Part shown: piece after piece, positions 8,386 through 18,188 of the stretch
How the letters are laid out: every line of letters starts with the position of its first letter
Numbering within the stretch: the first letter of the stretch is position 1
Notes under the pieces: generated by a model
What the model was told of the DNA's origin: nothing
The model's database searches: none
What the model saw: the letters and a program-made list of their open reading frames with translations, nothing else
Program-made: the position numbers and the translations under genes
Assembly: GCA_964612145.1 (NCBI GenBank)
Contig: CAZTBP010000013.1
Coordinates: 1-64,000, forward strand
Reading direction: 5' to 3'
Length of the DNA stretch: 64,000 bases
DNA from: an uncultured Ignavibacteriales bacterium
GTDB taxonomy: Bacteria; Zixibacteria; MSB-5A5; GN15; FEB-12

Positions 8386-9234
8386 ATGGAGCCAGTAATT
8401 AAGGACCAAGTTCGGTCATGGTCGCAGTTGAGTGCTATTCTGCAGGACGCTCGAGGGGTAGTAGATGCGGCCGGTATGAAGATGTTTTCAAATGGATACT
8501 TTCGTCCCGGGGATTTCAGTGAATTCGTTGTTGGAGCGGACCTTTTTTGTCTCGTTGGTTGGCCGATCAGTCTCCACTTGAATAGTGCGGTTGAGACTAC
8601 CGAGAAGTTTCTCAGGGCAAGTGAGAGTATCGAAAATACAGCTGGTCTAAGAAATGTATTAGCTAATTCGGTCATTCAGAGGTCCAAGGACGAGGATTCG
8701 GGTATTTTAGTGCATTGGAAGTTCATTGTGAATTCAGACAAGAAGTACTATAAGGACCGATATCGACGATACCCCGATGGCGGCTTCCTCCATACAGTCG
8801 ACACGCTTCTGTGGGAAACACACTGCCTATCAATGTGGGCATTGTCATTTTGGTATGATATCGCAGGAGCAGTACCTTCTGGCGACGCAGATCGTATAGC
8901 TGAAATCACCGACCGTCTTCTGGCCCTGATCAATGATCTTTTTCCAGACAAAGTCATCCAGGAAGACGATTCTCTCTTTGGCCTTGGTTTTGACGCTATA
9001 GACTCAGAGTTTATAATGTCAGCACTGGAAGAACACTACACTGGGAAGTCAGCACGGAAGCAGACTACTGAAGCCATGGGAAACTCTCCAACGAGTTCTT
9101 TGACCGAGGCTGAGTGGCTACAGGCAAGCGTAGGAACGTGGCGTGTTGATGGAAGATCAATTGAAGGTACTAAGTTGATGGTAATGCCGCTCTCACAGCT
9201 CGTAAAGTGGGTAGATATTCGAATTGACGGCTGA
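8386..9234 (+). CDS. Hypothetical protein (282 aa)
   Basis: Long ORF with no recognisable motif. It lies in the low-GC island. Confidence 0.4.
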   Translation: MEPVIKDQVRSWSQLSAILQDARGVVDAAGMKMFSNGYFRPGDFSEFVVGADLFCLVGWPISLHLNSAVETTEKFLRASESIENTAGLRNVLANSVIQRSKDEDSGILVHWKFIVNSDKKYYKDRYRRYPDGGFLHTVDTLLWETHCLSMWALSFWYDIAGAVPSGDADRIAEITDRLLALINDLFPDKVIQEDDSLFGLGFDAIDSEFIMSALEEHYTGKSARKQTTEAMGNSPTSSLTEAEWLQASVGTWRVDGRSIEGTKLMVMPLSQLVKWVDIRIDG

Positions 9235-9296
9235 AACTATGAGAGGAATCGAATTTTGTTGAGCAGAATTGTCGTATTTGATTCGGAGGTAAACTC

Positions 9297-9641
9297 GTGA
9301 AGTTAATTATCAAACGGGCTCAAGCCGAGCAGAAAGGGCTCTTTGGAGGGCACAAAGGAATGAAATTTACTCTGTCGTGTCAGGTTGACCTATCGGATGA
9401 AGAGAGAGGACTCCTTGAGAAATACAATGTTGAAGAGCATCCGTTGACGTACAGACAGCAAGATGGAGTAGATGTACCGGCTCTCAGAATCGGCGACTTG
9501 GTGCGTGGAAGAACTTACGAGGTAAACGACGTAAGCACGCTGCTCAATAACGAGGAAGTCATCAAGAATGCCTGTCATGACTTCAAAATGTTGTTAGAAG
9601 TTATGCGCTCCTTCGGGGGTGAGGAAGTAGTCGAAATATAA
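9297..9641 (+). CDS. Hypothetical protein (114 aa)
   Basis: ORF with no recognisable motif. It lies in the island cargo. Confidence 0.35.
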   Translation: MKLIIKRAQAEQKGLFGGHKGMKFTLSCQVDLSDEERGLLEKYNVEEHPLTYRQQDGVDVPALRIGDLVRGRTYEVNDVSTLLNNEEVIKNACHDFKMLLEVMRSFGGEEVVEI

Positions 9642-9674
9642 TAAGTGACTATTGAATTTTAGGGAGAGAAAATT

Positions 9675-9821
9675 ATGGCTGAAAAAGAATGTCCCGTATG
9701 TCATTACTCCGGAAAGTGCCCCAAATGTAATGGTAGGGGTGGTGGATTTACGACTGTTTGCTCCACCTGTAAGGGTACTAAGAAGTGTCCCCGTTGTGAC
9801 GGCAAGGGCGTAATCAAGTAA
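9675..9821 (+). CDS. 48-aa DnaJ-type zinc-finger (4 x CxxC, CxxCxGxG) mini-protein. It is not in the supplied ORF track.
   Basis: My own translation gives MAEKECPVCHYSGKCPKCNGRGGGFTTVCSTCKGTKKCPRCDGKGVIK*. The four CxxC units are CPVC, CPKCNGRG, CSTCKGTK and CPRCDGKG, which match the DnaJ cysteine-rich CxxCxGxG repeat. RBS agggagag lies 8 nt upstream. Confidence 0.55.
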   Translation: MAEKECPVCHYSGKCPKCNGRGGGFTTVCSTCKGTKKCPRCDGKGVIK

Positions 9822-9898
9822 GAGTTGGCTTAAATATAGAACATCTCCGGATTGATGGGTCCGCGTCGTAGCACCGGGGACGGACGAAGGAGTTTGAT

Positions 9899-10612
9899 AT
9901 GGATTTGGCCATTTTAAGAATTCATGCTACCAAAGCAGTCGGATCTCTTGTTGCGGGGGGGATTCGTGGCATTGCTTTCTTTGGTATTTTCGGGATGATA
10001 GTGGGAGGCACGATGTTTTTTGTAATTCAGTCCGTGACCAAACACTCCGATGGAGTCGGGAGTTTCATTCTAATGCTTGCTTGGATCGTGGTAGGACTTC
10101 TTCTTGGTGGATTTATCGGCTTCTTCCGGGGCTTACGTGGCGTCTGTCGACAATCACTGGTCAAGAGTCATTGGGTAAACGACGCGTGCGATAGACTATC
10201 ACGGGAGACAATTGGAAGGCTGCGTTCACCCCAGAAGCAGTCGAATCTACAAGTCGAGCTGAAGGAACTGGTCATGACCTGTCAACAGGAACAGGAGTTG
10301 TCAGATCAGCACGTTAAAAAAGATCGAGCCACCGGCGGTGTTGTCAGGCGAATGGTCGAGCGAATCACTGTTCTCCCCCAATTGGCTGTCCGCAAATGCT
10401 TCACCGACCTGATCAACCAAATGTCCGCAAGTATAGAATCTGACGCTGCGCTGTCAGCGCTCGTTGACCGGTTCCCCGAGGAGTTGAAGAGCCGCACGAA
10501 TTCACTTATCGACGCCTGGATTAAACAAATCTTTGCAAGGCCACTAGGAATAGCATACGTAGTTACTGGATGTGCGGTAGTCCTATTGGCTATCCTGACC
10601 GTCTTGATCTGA
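9899..10612 (+). CDS. Membrane protein, hypothetical (237 aa)
   Basis: Two N-terminal and one C-terminal TM helices. No other motif. Confidence 0.4.
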   Translation: MDLAILRIHATKAVGSLVAGGIRGIAFFGIFGMIVGGTMFFVIQSVTKHSDGVGSFILMLAWIVVGLLLGGFIGFFRGLRGVCRQSLVKSHWVNDACDRLSRETIGRLRSPQKQSNLQVELKELVMTCQQEQELSDQHVKKDRATGGVVRRMVERITVLPQLAVRKCFTDLINQMSASIESDAALSALVDRFPEELKSRTNSLIDAWIKQIFARPLGIAYVVTGCAVVLLAILTVLI

Positions 10613-10708
10613 TGTTATTTACACTCTCGTTTGTGCAATATTCCTAAGCAGCATTTAAGGTCCATAAAGGTACCAACACCCATATATATAGACACCAATT
10701 TGTGAATT

Positions 10709-11821
10709 CTAAACTTCTCCACCCCCTTCTTCAAACGGCAGTTTCTCCACCGCATTCGCCAGGTGATCCGGGCCGAGGTGGGCGTAGATCATGGTCGTTT
10801 CTATATCCGAGTGGCCCATCAGCTTCTGAACCGTTGGGAGATCGACGCCCTGCATTACCAAGTGGCTCGCGAACGTGTGGCGAAGCGTATGGACTTTCGT
10901 GAACTCCCCGATCTCGGCCTTCTTGGCGATTTTAATGAGCTCCATCCGGAGATAGTTGTGCATGTTCTTCCCTGACGACTTCACCGGAAAGACATAATCG
11001 TTCTTCGAACGGCCGTCTCGCTTCCGATGCAAGTCGGTAAGGAGCTTCAGGAGGCCATCGCTGATCGGGATGTCCCTCTCCCCCGTCTTCGGCCGCCAGT
11101 CCTTCTTCCGACGGATACTGATCTGTCGCCGCTCAAGATCGATATCGGCCCAGGTGAGATTCTCAAGCTCCGCTTTCCGCATGCCTGTATGAAGAAATGT
11201 ATAGTAGATCGGGTAGAGATTCGGCGGGCAGACGTCAAGGAACCTCCTGCATTCATTGACGGACAGAAATCGAGGCGTCTGATTTTCATCTACCTTCAGC
11301 TTCGCCACACCCTTGGTCGGATTCTCTCGAATGTATCCCCACTTGATCGCCAGGTTGAAAATTAGCCGAAGCGTATCGAGCTCAAAATTCACTGTACGCG
11401 ACTTGGCCACCTTGGGCGACCTACCCCCATTGGCATCTTCCTCGACGGCAGGACTACCGCCGTTGGCGTTCTTCCGAAACACCTTGTACTTGTCGATGAC
11501 CTCGGTCGAGACATCGGAAACATATCTGACCTTCGGCGAGGACTGGAGGAACTCCCGGAAATGATCAATCACCGCCCGATAACGGTCTGTCGTCGTCTTA
11601 CGGTGAGTAGCCTGGCTGTACTCAAGGTAGGAATCAAGAAAGTCGGTCAGCGGCATCTTGGCCTGGCCAAAACCATGCTCTTCTTTGGCAATCTTGACCT
11701 CGGCTTCCTTGAGAGCCAGCTCGGCCACTTTCTTCACCGGCCCGATTCGTCGGCGCACCCTGCGCCCATCGACCCGAATATCAAGATACCAGACTTTGCC
11801 GCGCTTATAGATTTCGCCCAT
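10709..11821 (-). CDS. int: Tyrosine site-specific recombinase / phage-type integrase
   Basis: C-terminal catalytic box [39 protein letters not shown] (R...HxxR...Y). An N-terminal SAM-like/AP2 region is present. The gene sits immediately 3' of tRNA-Leu. Confidence 0.9.
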   Translation of the reverse strand: MGEIYKRGKVWYLDIRVDGRRVRRRIGPVKKVAELALKEAEVKIAKEEHGFGQAKMPLTDFLDSYLEYSQATHRKTTTDRYRAVIDHFREFLQSSPKVRYVSDVSTEVIDKYKVFRKNANGGSPAVEEDANGGRSPKVAKSRTVNFELDTLRLIFNLAIKWGYIRENPTKGVAKLKVDENQTPRFLSVNECRRFLDVCPPNLYPIYYTFLHTGMRKAELENLTWADIDLERRQISIRRKKDWRPKTGERDIPISDGLLKLLTDLHRKRDGRSKNDYVFPVKSSGKNMHNYLRMELIKIAKKAEIGEFTKVHTLRHTFASHLVMQGVDLPTVQKLMGHSDIETTMIYAHLGPDHLANAVEKLPFEEGGGEV

Positions 11822-11931
11822 ATCGACGTCTCCCCTTGGTCACAAGTTGGTCACAGCCCTGTTTTCCAAGAAGGAACGAAAGACTTAAGTCGTTGTCAAG
11901 TGGGAAGTTGAATCGGAGGGGAAAATCTAAA

Positions 11932-12015
11932 TGCCGAAGGGGGGATTCGAACCCCCACATCCTTACGGATACTGCGCCCTGAACGCAGCGCGTCTACCTG
12001 TTTCACCACTTCGGC
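11932..12015 (-). tRNA. tRNA-Leu (anticodon CAG), class II with a long variable arm
   Basis: Reverse complement reads GCCGAAGTGGTGAAACAGGTAGACGCGCTGCGTTCAGGGCGCAGTATCCGTAAGGATGTGGGGGTTCGAATCCCCCCTTCGGCA. The acceptor stem is GCCGAAG/CTTCGGC. The anticodon stem-loop is CTGCG-TTCAGGG-CGCAG. The T-arm is GGGGGTTCGAATCCCCC. Confidence 0.85.
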
Positions 12016-12164
12016 ATTCATAACGACTCCGGGGAAACACCGCAATTGCTGCCAATCACGCCCTTCCCTCGGGCCGCCGAGGCCGGTGAACCGCCTCGGT
12101 AGTCGCCAATATATACGCTCTGGCTCGTAACGCAACAGCAATTTTCAAGGCCGGAACAACAGAT

Positions 12165-14477
12165 CTACCGGCCACCTTGATTCAACGATAAACGGACTCC
12201 ATCGCCAAACCGCTTCCCCTCATAAAACAAGCCAAAGCGTAATGTCGTATACTCCGGCCGGTTCGGTATTACCGTATGTACCATGCGAACATCTTCCTTC
12301 TGCCAGTTATTGAAACGCGGCAGTGGCAAGAAGTCATGGTTGTCGAAACTATCCCCATCACCAAAAGCATGCAGGAAGATGCGGTAACTACTGGTTGGCT
12401 CCACTCGCGCATGCAATGTCAGAAATAAATGGAGACTGTCTTTTCTGTCAACCACTAGTGTATTCATCAGATCAAATCGCCCATCCAGATCATAGGCGAT
12501 AGAGTCCATCGGGAAATCACGCCATTTTGTCCAGTCGACACCCAAATACCGATCGGATTCCTCCTGAGCAGACACGTTGAGCCATTGACGTATCACCCGC
12601 CACCGAGCAAGGAAAAGCAGACTGTCACGGCTGGTGCCTTTGAACCTCCATTGCCCTTGCCCGGCAGTCGTCGGTGAGTCCACAACAGAAAAGAATCCAT
12701 CCACCTCCTGTCGTCGGAAAAACCTCTCGTCTTCGAACACCTCCGGGCTGAACTGAATTTCTTGCAGCGTGTACCGATTGGGATAGTTATCCAGGACCAT
12801 CGTCAAATACAGCACACTCTCGCGACTGCGCAGGTGGACAAAATCAACACCATCGAAAGTGTTGCTTGTCAGTGTAAGATTCAAGAGATACGGATCGTCT
12901 ATATGCTGCACCAGCGAAAGCAACCGATAGCGGCCGGTATACCGAGCCGCCGGATGACTGTAGTGATGATTAGGCGCCACAAAAAGATAAACCGGATAAA
13001 ATGACGGCAACTCTTCCCAGGCACTCAGAAATACCGTACCTCGACGCGGCACCATCCGTTCTTCACCAAAACCCCAGTTTGCCGGTTGACTTTTCCTCGC
13101 TTCCGCAATCCCTCCCGACTTCCCAACGACATTCGCCTGGTAGACAAGTGACAACAGCAACACAATACCCAAGGCTGCGAACACTCGCTGCACCCGTGGT
13201 CGCCCGTGCGCGGCCCGACTGAATGCAACCAGTGCCAATGCGATCACGGGACCGGTCACAAATGCAAGAAACTCTGCGGCCTTGATGAGATTGATCGGAC
13301 GGTCCAGGGCACCGAGAAAAGTCCCGAGCAGATAGTAACAGACTATCCCGCTAACCAGTGTTACCAGAGCCCGGTTTACGGAGGAATGGACTCTCCGCAA
13401 AGCATAAAGCAGCCCGCCCAGGAACAGAAGACCGGAAACGGTGAGAGTCATAAAACTGAAATTGACCCCCACGGAATCAATATGGTGCCACCCCGTCCCT
13501 TTGTCGACCCCGTATTTCGCGATGTCCGCCATCAATGGACCCCAGTAAAGACTGCTAACAACCGCCGCCGCCAACATGACACCTATTGCCGGCCATAGTC
13601 GAAATGAGTCGCGGACATATGGACGAATGAGACGGCTAAAAAAGACAACGCGAAGCAGTAGCAAGAATCCGCCAATGAAAAAACCGTAGAAATAGGTCAT
13701 AAAAATCAGGCCACCGATGAGGCCACCCCGCACAAAAAACGACCGGGTCGGCGCTGGATGTTTCACCTGCTCTATATAATAGAGCCACCAGGGAACGAAA
13801 AAAATATTCCCGAGCATCGCGTGCGGGACAGACAGTGCAAAGGCTCTCCCCCCTAGCAGGTAAACGAAACTCACGACCGTAATCACGGCCGCCTGACGAT
13901 CACTCACTATGCGACGCCACAAAAACCAGACAAAGAACGGGCTGACAAAGTGAATCGCCTGCGCCGCAAACTTCATCATAGCAAATGACGCAGCGTCATC
14001 AAGCCGCGCGAACAATGAAAGGACATAATACAACACCGGCGGGTAAAACGGTGAGAGGTCCTTGTAGTAAAAATCCTTCGGAACCCACCAAGTGGCAAAC
14101 TTCTCAATCATCGCGATCCGGAACTTCTGGTCCCCCCAGTATCCATTCAAACTAAACGCCGTTCCGTCAAGCAGCAGGCAGATGACGACATACCCGTACA
14201 CCGACACTACCGCGACAAGAACCGCCGACTTGATCCGCCAGGAAACTCCCGCAAGCCAAACCACCACCGTAGTCAAGACAAACAACAACCCCCACATGTC
14301 CAGCCAGATCAGGTCCCGAACCAGTAGCGTTTCTGAAAACGGCTTTGGGGTTGAACTGTACTGCCACAGATAAACAGCCATCCCCCCGAACAAGACCAAA
14401 GCAACAGCGGCAATCCAGTTCTTCGGAGTAAACCAGCGCGTGCTGTGCATCCTGTCCATCAGACCGCCTCCGTACAA
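12165..14477 (-). CDS. Large polytopic membrane protein (770 aa) with about 12 N-terminal TM helices and a C-terminal soluble domain. Possibly a GT-C-type glycosyltransferase.
   Basis: Strong hydrophobic periodicity over aa 20-480. No ATP or other motifs. Architecture only. Confidence 0.5.
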   Translation of the reverse strand: MYGGGLMDRMHSTRWFTPKNWIAAVALVLFGGMAVYLWQYSSTPKPFSETLLVRDLIWLDMWGLLFVLTTVVVWLAGVSWRIKSAVLVAVVSVYGYVVICLLLDGTAFSLNGYWGDQKFRIAMIEKFATWWVPKDFYYKDLSPFYPPVLYYVLSLFARLDDAASFAMMKFAAQAIHFVSPFFVWFLWRRIVSDRQAAVITVVSFVYLLGGRAFALSVPHAMLGNIFFVPWWLYYIEQVKHPAPTRSFFVRGGLIGGLIFMTYFYGFFIGGFLLLLRVVFFSRLIRPYVRDSFRLWPAIGVMLAAAVVSSLYWGPLMADIAKYGVDKGTGWHHIDSVGVNFSFMTLTVSGLLFLGGLLYALRRVHSSVNRALVTLVSGIVCYYLLGTFLGALDRPINLIKAAEFLAFVTGPVIALALVAFSRAAHGRPRVQRVFAALGIVLLLSLVYQANVVGKSGGIAEARKSQPANWGFGEERMVPRRGTVFLSAWEELPSFYPVYLFVAPNHHYSHPAARYTGRYRLLSLVQHIDDPYLLNLTLTSNTFDGVDFVHLRSRESVLYLTMVLDNYPNRYTLQEIQFSPEVFEDERFFRRQEVDGFFSVVDSPTTAGQGQWRFKGTSRDSLLFLARWRVIRQWLNVSAQEESDRYLGVDWTKWRDFPMDSIAYDLDGRFDLMNTLVVDRKDSLHLFLTLHARVEPTSSYRIFLHAFGDGDSFDNHDFLPLPRFNNWQKEDVRMVHTVIPNRPEYTTLRFGLFYEGKRFGDGVRLSLNQGGR

Positions 14478-14769
14478 AGTGGCTTGTCCCGTCCAGGGGC
14501 TGCTTGCAGTATCCTGATTGTTAATTTTGCCATTAGCTTGGGAAATGATAGGCTTGCCGATTGGCAGGTGTCAACAATCTTCCGGTCAAAAAGTCGTAAA
14601 CCCTTTAGAAAATGTATTGAATTGTCCAGCGTCGGGCGCTATGTTAACTTTCATAAGTCGACCGAAATTGTGCCTCTCCTGAGGCGAAGAGTGTTACGTA
14701 TCATTCAGCAAACCGGGCATTGAGCAATGGGACGGGGCCTATCTCAGTTGCTATAGTTGCTCATGGAGC

Positions 14770-16035
14770 GTGCGCATGTCAGCTTTTCTCGAAGCACTTA
14801 CCTCACATGACTCCCCAAAAAACCGAGCCCCCGCTCGACCAGCTATCTCACGTCGCGATCTGGCGGCCGTGCTGCTGCTTTCAGTCGTTTTAGCGGCGGT
14901 TTCGTACTTCGTCAACCAATACGACGGGGCCTATCTTATCCGATCCGATGCCGTATGGGAAAATAATCTCGAGTTTCACCAAACCTATCATCCCTTTGCA
15001 ACTCGAGTTTTCACTACTACTTTGATGCAGATCGGACATGAGCAATTTGGTCTCAGGCTCGTGACGGCATTCGCCATTATCCAGTATTCACTATTCATTG
15101 TTCTCGGTCCGTTATGTTTCGTCTTCCTTCGCCACGCGGGCCTTCGGCGGTCCAGCAGCTACCTCGGTGTTCTGGTTATGCTTACTGCTTATCCGATACT
15201 CGCCGCCTTTCATATGCCCATTTACACATGGGACGACTTCTGGATGTATGGCGCCATAATGCTGACGTTTACGCTTGCTTTTCGGGCCCGCCTTATCATA
15301 GCGAGCCTCGTCTTCGGTGTGGGAATCCTCGCACGAGACCCTATTATATTGTTTTATCCCATTCTGGTACTTGCTGTCTGCCAGTCGCCGGGCAGCCGAG
15401 CCACGAAGATTATTGCGGCACTTAGCCCGCTGGTCATATATTTCGTATTCATCATTTTCGCAATGGAGCCACCTGATCAGGCGCGCTGGATGAATTTCAG
15501 CAAAAACTTCCTCAAACCCGATTGGGCAAAGAATACCGCATTCTCTTTCGTCGCCGGGATGGGGATATTGTGGTTGTCCGCGCCAGTGGCTGGTGTTCGG
15601 CTCGGTCAAACCCTCCTGCGTCTGAATATCCCGCGTTTGATCCTCATTGGAGCTGCCTTCATCACGCCGCTCACAGTATTGACGGCCCTAACCATGGGGT
15701 TGGCCCGAGAAACCCGATTATTCTTCCCACCAGTCTTCTTTGCCCTCCCACTATCACTTTACCTGCTTGAATATTATACGCGATTCCATAAAAAGCCCCG
15801 GTCTTGGCTTCTAGCGGCTGGACTTGCGGCAATGGGAGCATCGGCCTGGCTTGGCATCCAAATTGCGCGATTCGTCTTTCCCCAACTCGAAGGACGTACC
15901 TGGCCGGCGTTCTTCCAGGCACATCTTGGAGTAAACATAGGTCTGGGAATTTGCTTCTTACTTTTTGTGATCTATCGGATTGTTCGAACAACGCCGCGAC
16001 TGCAGAAACCATCCTCCAGCAAGTACGTTCAGTAA
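14770..16035 (+). CDS. Polytopic membrane protein (421 aa), hypothetical
   Basis: More than 10 predicted TM helices. Adjacent to other envelope genes. Confidence 0.5.
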   Translation: MRMSAFLEALTSHDSPKNRAPARPAISRRDLAAVLLLSVVLAAVSYFVNQYDGAYLIRSDAVWENNLEFHQTYHPFATRVFTTTLMQIGHEQFGLRLVTAFAIIQYSLFIVLGPLCFVFLRHAGLRRSSSYLGVLVMLTAYPILAAFHMPIYTWDDFWMYGAIMLTFTLAFRARLIIASLVFGVGILARDPIILFYPILVLAVCQSPGSRATKIIAALSPLVIYFVFIIFAMEPPDQARWMNFSKNFLKPDWAKNTAFSFVAGMGILWLSAPVAGVRLGQTLLRLNIPRLILIGAAFITPLTVLTALTMGLARETRLFFPPVFFALPLSLYLLEYYTRFHKKPRSWLLAAGLAAMGASAWLGIQIARFVFPQLEGRTWPAFFQAHLGVNIGLGICFLLFVIYRIVRTTPRLQKPSSSKYVQ

Positions 16036-16122
16036 GACAACCCTCGTGCGCGGTTCACAGCATTGCGCACTTCCGTTTCAAAATTACGTGACAGATGCCC
16101 TGACCCCTTTATATTGATCAGC

Positions 16123-17094
16123 ATGAATGACTTCACCACGCCAACGGTCGTTATCGTCCTCATCATGCTTGCCCTCGCCGGTTGCCAGGACAAATCCCAA
16201 TCTTCCGATCTGGTGTGGAAGTCAACCCTCGCCGCCGCCAATCGCGAGTCCCAGGGCTTCGTCAATCTCTGGGGCGGCTCCCTGCCAAACACCAATATCA
16301 GCATCGAGCTCGCCCGGCAATACCAGGATCCGCTCGATAAAGACAGCATCGAGATGACCGTCTACCGAGGCGAGACCGTTTATTCACCAGTCGAATTGTG
16401 CCACCGCTGTTTCCACTTCATGGGTGCCTATCTAAAGACCAACGAAAAACATTTTCTCGAACGCGCGGAGAAATACGCGGCAAAGCTTGTCGACCTCTCT
16501 TTCGTCACCGATGACTCTGCGCGCTTTGTCGAATTTCAATACGACTATCTCCTTCACAACCGAGCAGATATGAAACTGACCGAACCCTTCAGCTCCGGCA
16601 TGGCCCAGGGCGAAATGTTGAGTGTGATGATCCGACTCTATGAATTCACTGACAACCCCCACTACCTCAATACCGCCCACGAAGTCTTTCGATCCCTGAC
16701 CCGCCTCCGCAAGACACATCCCGAGCACTGGGTGGCGCGCCTCGACTCTCTCGGTTACTACTGGCTGGAAGAATTTCCCCACAACACTGAGCCGGGGATG
16801 ACCCTCAACGGGTACATCGCAGGACTTTACGGCGTGTACGACTACTACCGTGTAACCCGGGACTCCACGGCACTATTTGTCTGGGAGGCCTCCTTAACGA
16901 CACTGAAACACTATCTCCCCGAGTTCCGGCGCCCCGGCATGAACTCTTACTACTGTCTCGGCCACAAACACGTTGCCAACGACAGCTACCACGCACTGCA
17001 TGCAAGCATGATGTACCACCTTCATCGGTTGACAGCCGACGATTACTTTGATGAAATGAAGAATTTGCTTGAGTCCGACGCTGGAAACAAGTGA
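16123..17094 (+). CDS. Lipoprotein with a D-glucuronyl C5-epimerase-like C-terminal domain
   Basis: Start at 16123 gives MNDFTTPTVVIVLIMLALAGCQ, a lipobox. C-terminal motifs GYYWLEEFPHN...NGYIAGLYGVYDYY...YYCLGHKHVANDSYHALHASMMYHL resemble the C5-epimerase C-terminal domain. Confidence 0.45.
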   Translation: MNDFTTPTVVIVLIMLALAGCQDKSQSSDLVWKSTLAAANRESQGFVNLWGGSLPNTNISIELARQYQDPLDKDSIEMTVYRGETVYSPVELCHRCFHFMGAYLKTNEKHFLERAEKYAAKLVDLSFVTDDSARFVEFQYDYLLHNRADMKLTEPFSSGMAQGEMLSVMIRLYEFTDNPHYLNTAHEVFRSLTRLRKTHPEHWVARLDSLGYYWLEEFPHNTEPGMTLNGYIAGLYGVYDYYRVTRDSTALFVWEASLTTLKHYLPEFRRPGMNSYYCLGHKHVANDSYHALHASMMYHLHRLTADDYFDEMKNLLESDAGNK

Positions 17095-17176
17095 CTGCCA
17101 ATACCAGTGATCCAGCTAACAGACTACCATCCCACTCAACCGTAACAGCCGTATTGCAAGACGCCAACTTCACCAC

Positions 17177-17205
17177 AAAAAAAGCCGCCCCAAAACGGAG
17201 CGGCC
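17177..17205 (-). terminator. Intrinsic terminator downstream of rpoD
   Basis: Minus strand reads GCCGC-tccgttttgggG-GCGGC followed by TTTTTTT. Confidence 0.4.
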
Positions 17206-17227
17206 TTCACTATCGATTCACTTGTGT

Positions 17228-18082
17228 CTAATTAAGATATGCACGCAGGGACCGGCTGCGTGACGCGTGACGGAGCCGGCGAATAGCCTTTTCCTTGATC
17301 TGCCGTACCCGCTCACGGGTCAGCGAAAACCGGGCGCCGATCTCTTCCAATGTGAGCGCCTTTTCATGGTTCAGACCAAAGTACAGGTTAATCACCTCCG
17401 CCTCGCGCGGGGTCAGTGTATCCAGCGCCTTCTCGATTTCGACACGCAGGGATTCCCGAAGCAACTGCTCATCGGGCGACGGCTGGAACTCGTCCTCGAG
17501 GACATCGATCAGAGAATTATCCTCAGATACACTGAACGGAGCATCCAACGACAAATGCGAGTTGGATATCTTCAGCGTATCGGAGACCTCATTCTCCGTC
17601 AGTTCCAGTTCCTTCGCGATCTCTTCCGGTGACGGTTCACGGCCGAGGCCCTGCTCCAGCCGGGATGAGATCTTACCGATCTTGTGCAGCGTTCCGACAC
17701 GATTGAGCGGCAGCCGAACAATACGCGACTGTTCCGCCAACGCCTGCAAAATCGCCTGTCGAATCCACCAGACAGCGTACGAAATGAACTTGAATCCACG
17801 GGTCTCGTCAAAACGCTTGGCCGCTTTGATCAGGCCTATATTGCCCTCATTAATAAGATCGGCCAGGGACAGACCCTGATTCTGATACTGCTTTGCTACC
17901 GAAACCACGAAGCGCAAATTGGCCTTGGTGAGTTTTTCCAGGGCTCGTTTATCACCCTGCTTGATTTTCCTGGCCAGGCGCACCTCTTCGTCGGCGCTGA
18001 TCAACGGAGTCTCCCCAATCTCGCGGAGATACAGATCGAGCGATCGATCCTCGTCGCGATATTTCAGGGATTGTTTAGCCAC
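17228..18082 (-). CDS. rpoD: Primary sigma factor, short FCB/Bacteroidota-type SigA (sigma-70 family)
   Basis: N-terminus [30 protein letters not shown]. Region 2 [37 protein letters not shown]. Region 4 [15 protein letters not shown]...[25 protein letters not shown]. 284 aa. Confidence 0.85.
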   Translation of the reverse strand: MAKQSLKYRDEDRSLDLYLREIGETPLISADEEVRLARKIKQGDKRALEKLTKANLRFVVSVAKQYQNQGLSLADLINEGNIGLIKAAKRFDETRGFKFISYAVWWIRQAILQALAEQSRIVRLPLNRVGTLHKIGKISSRLEQGLGREPSPEEIAKELELTENEVSDTLKISNSHLSLDAPFSVSEDNSLIDVLEDEFQPSPDEQLLRESLRVEIEKALDTLTPREAEVINLYFGLNHEKALTLEEIGARFSLTRERVRQIKEKAIRRLRHASRSRSLRAYLN

Positions 18083-18188
18083 TGTTTACGACTATCTCCT
18101 TCCTATAGAAGTTAGTTGTAAACCATCCGCGCCGATTCCGACACGGCAGTTAGTTAACGTCAACATGTACACTACTCTCATATACTTC

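Larger units (their letters stand above)
1..12015. mobile_element. Putative integrated genomic island at tRNA-Leu, carrying the integrase and lower-GC cargo. The distal boundary is not identified and may lie beyond the window start.
   Basis: The integrase abuts the tRNA 3' end. By eye GC drops from about 60% to about 48% left of about 10.7 kb. An 850-bp AT-rich gap lies at 451-1299. Confidence 0.35.
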
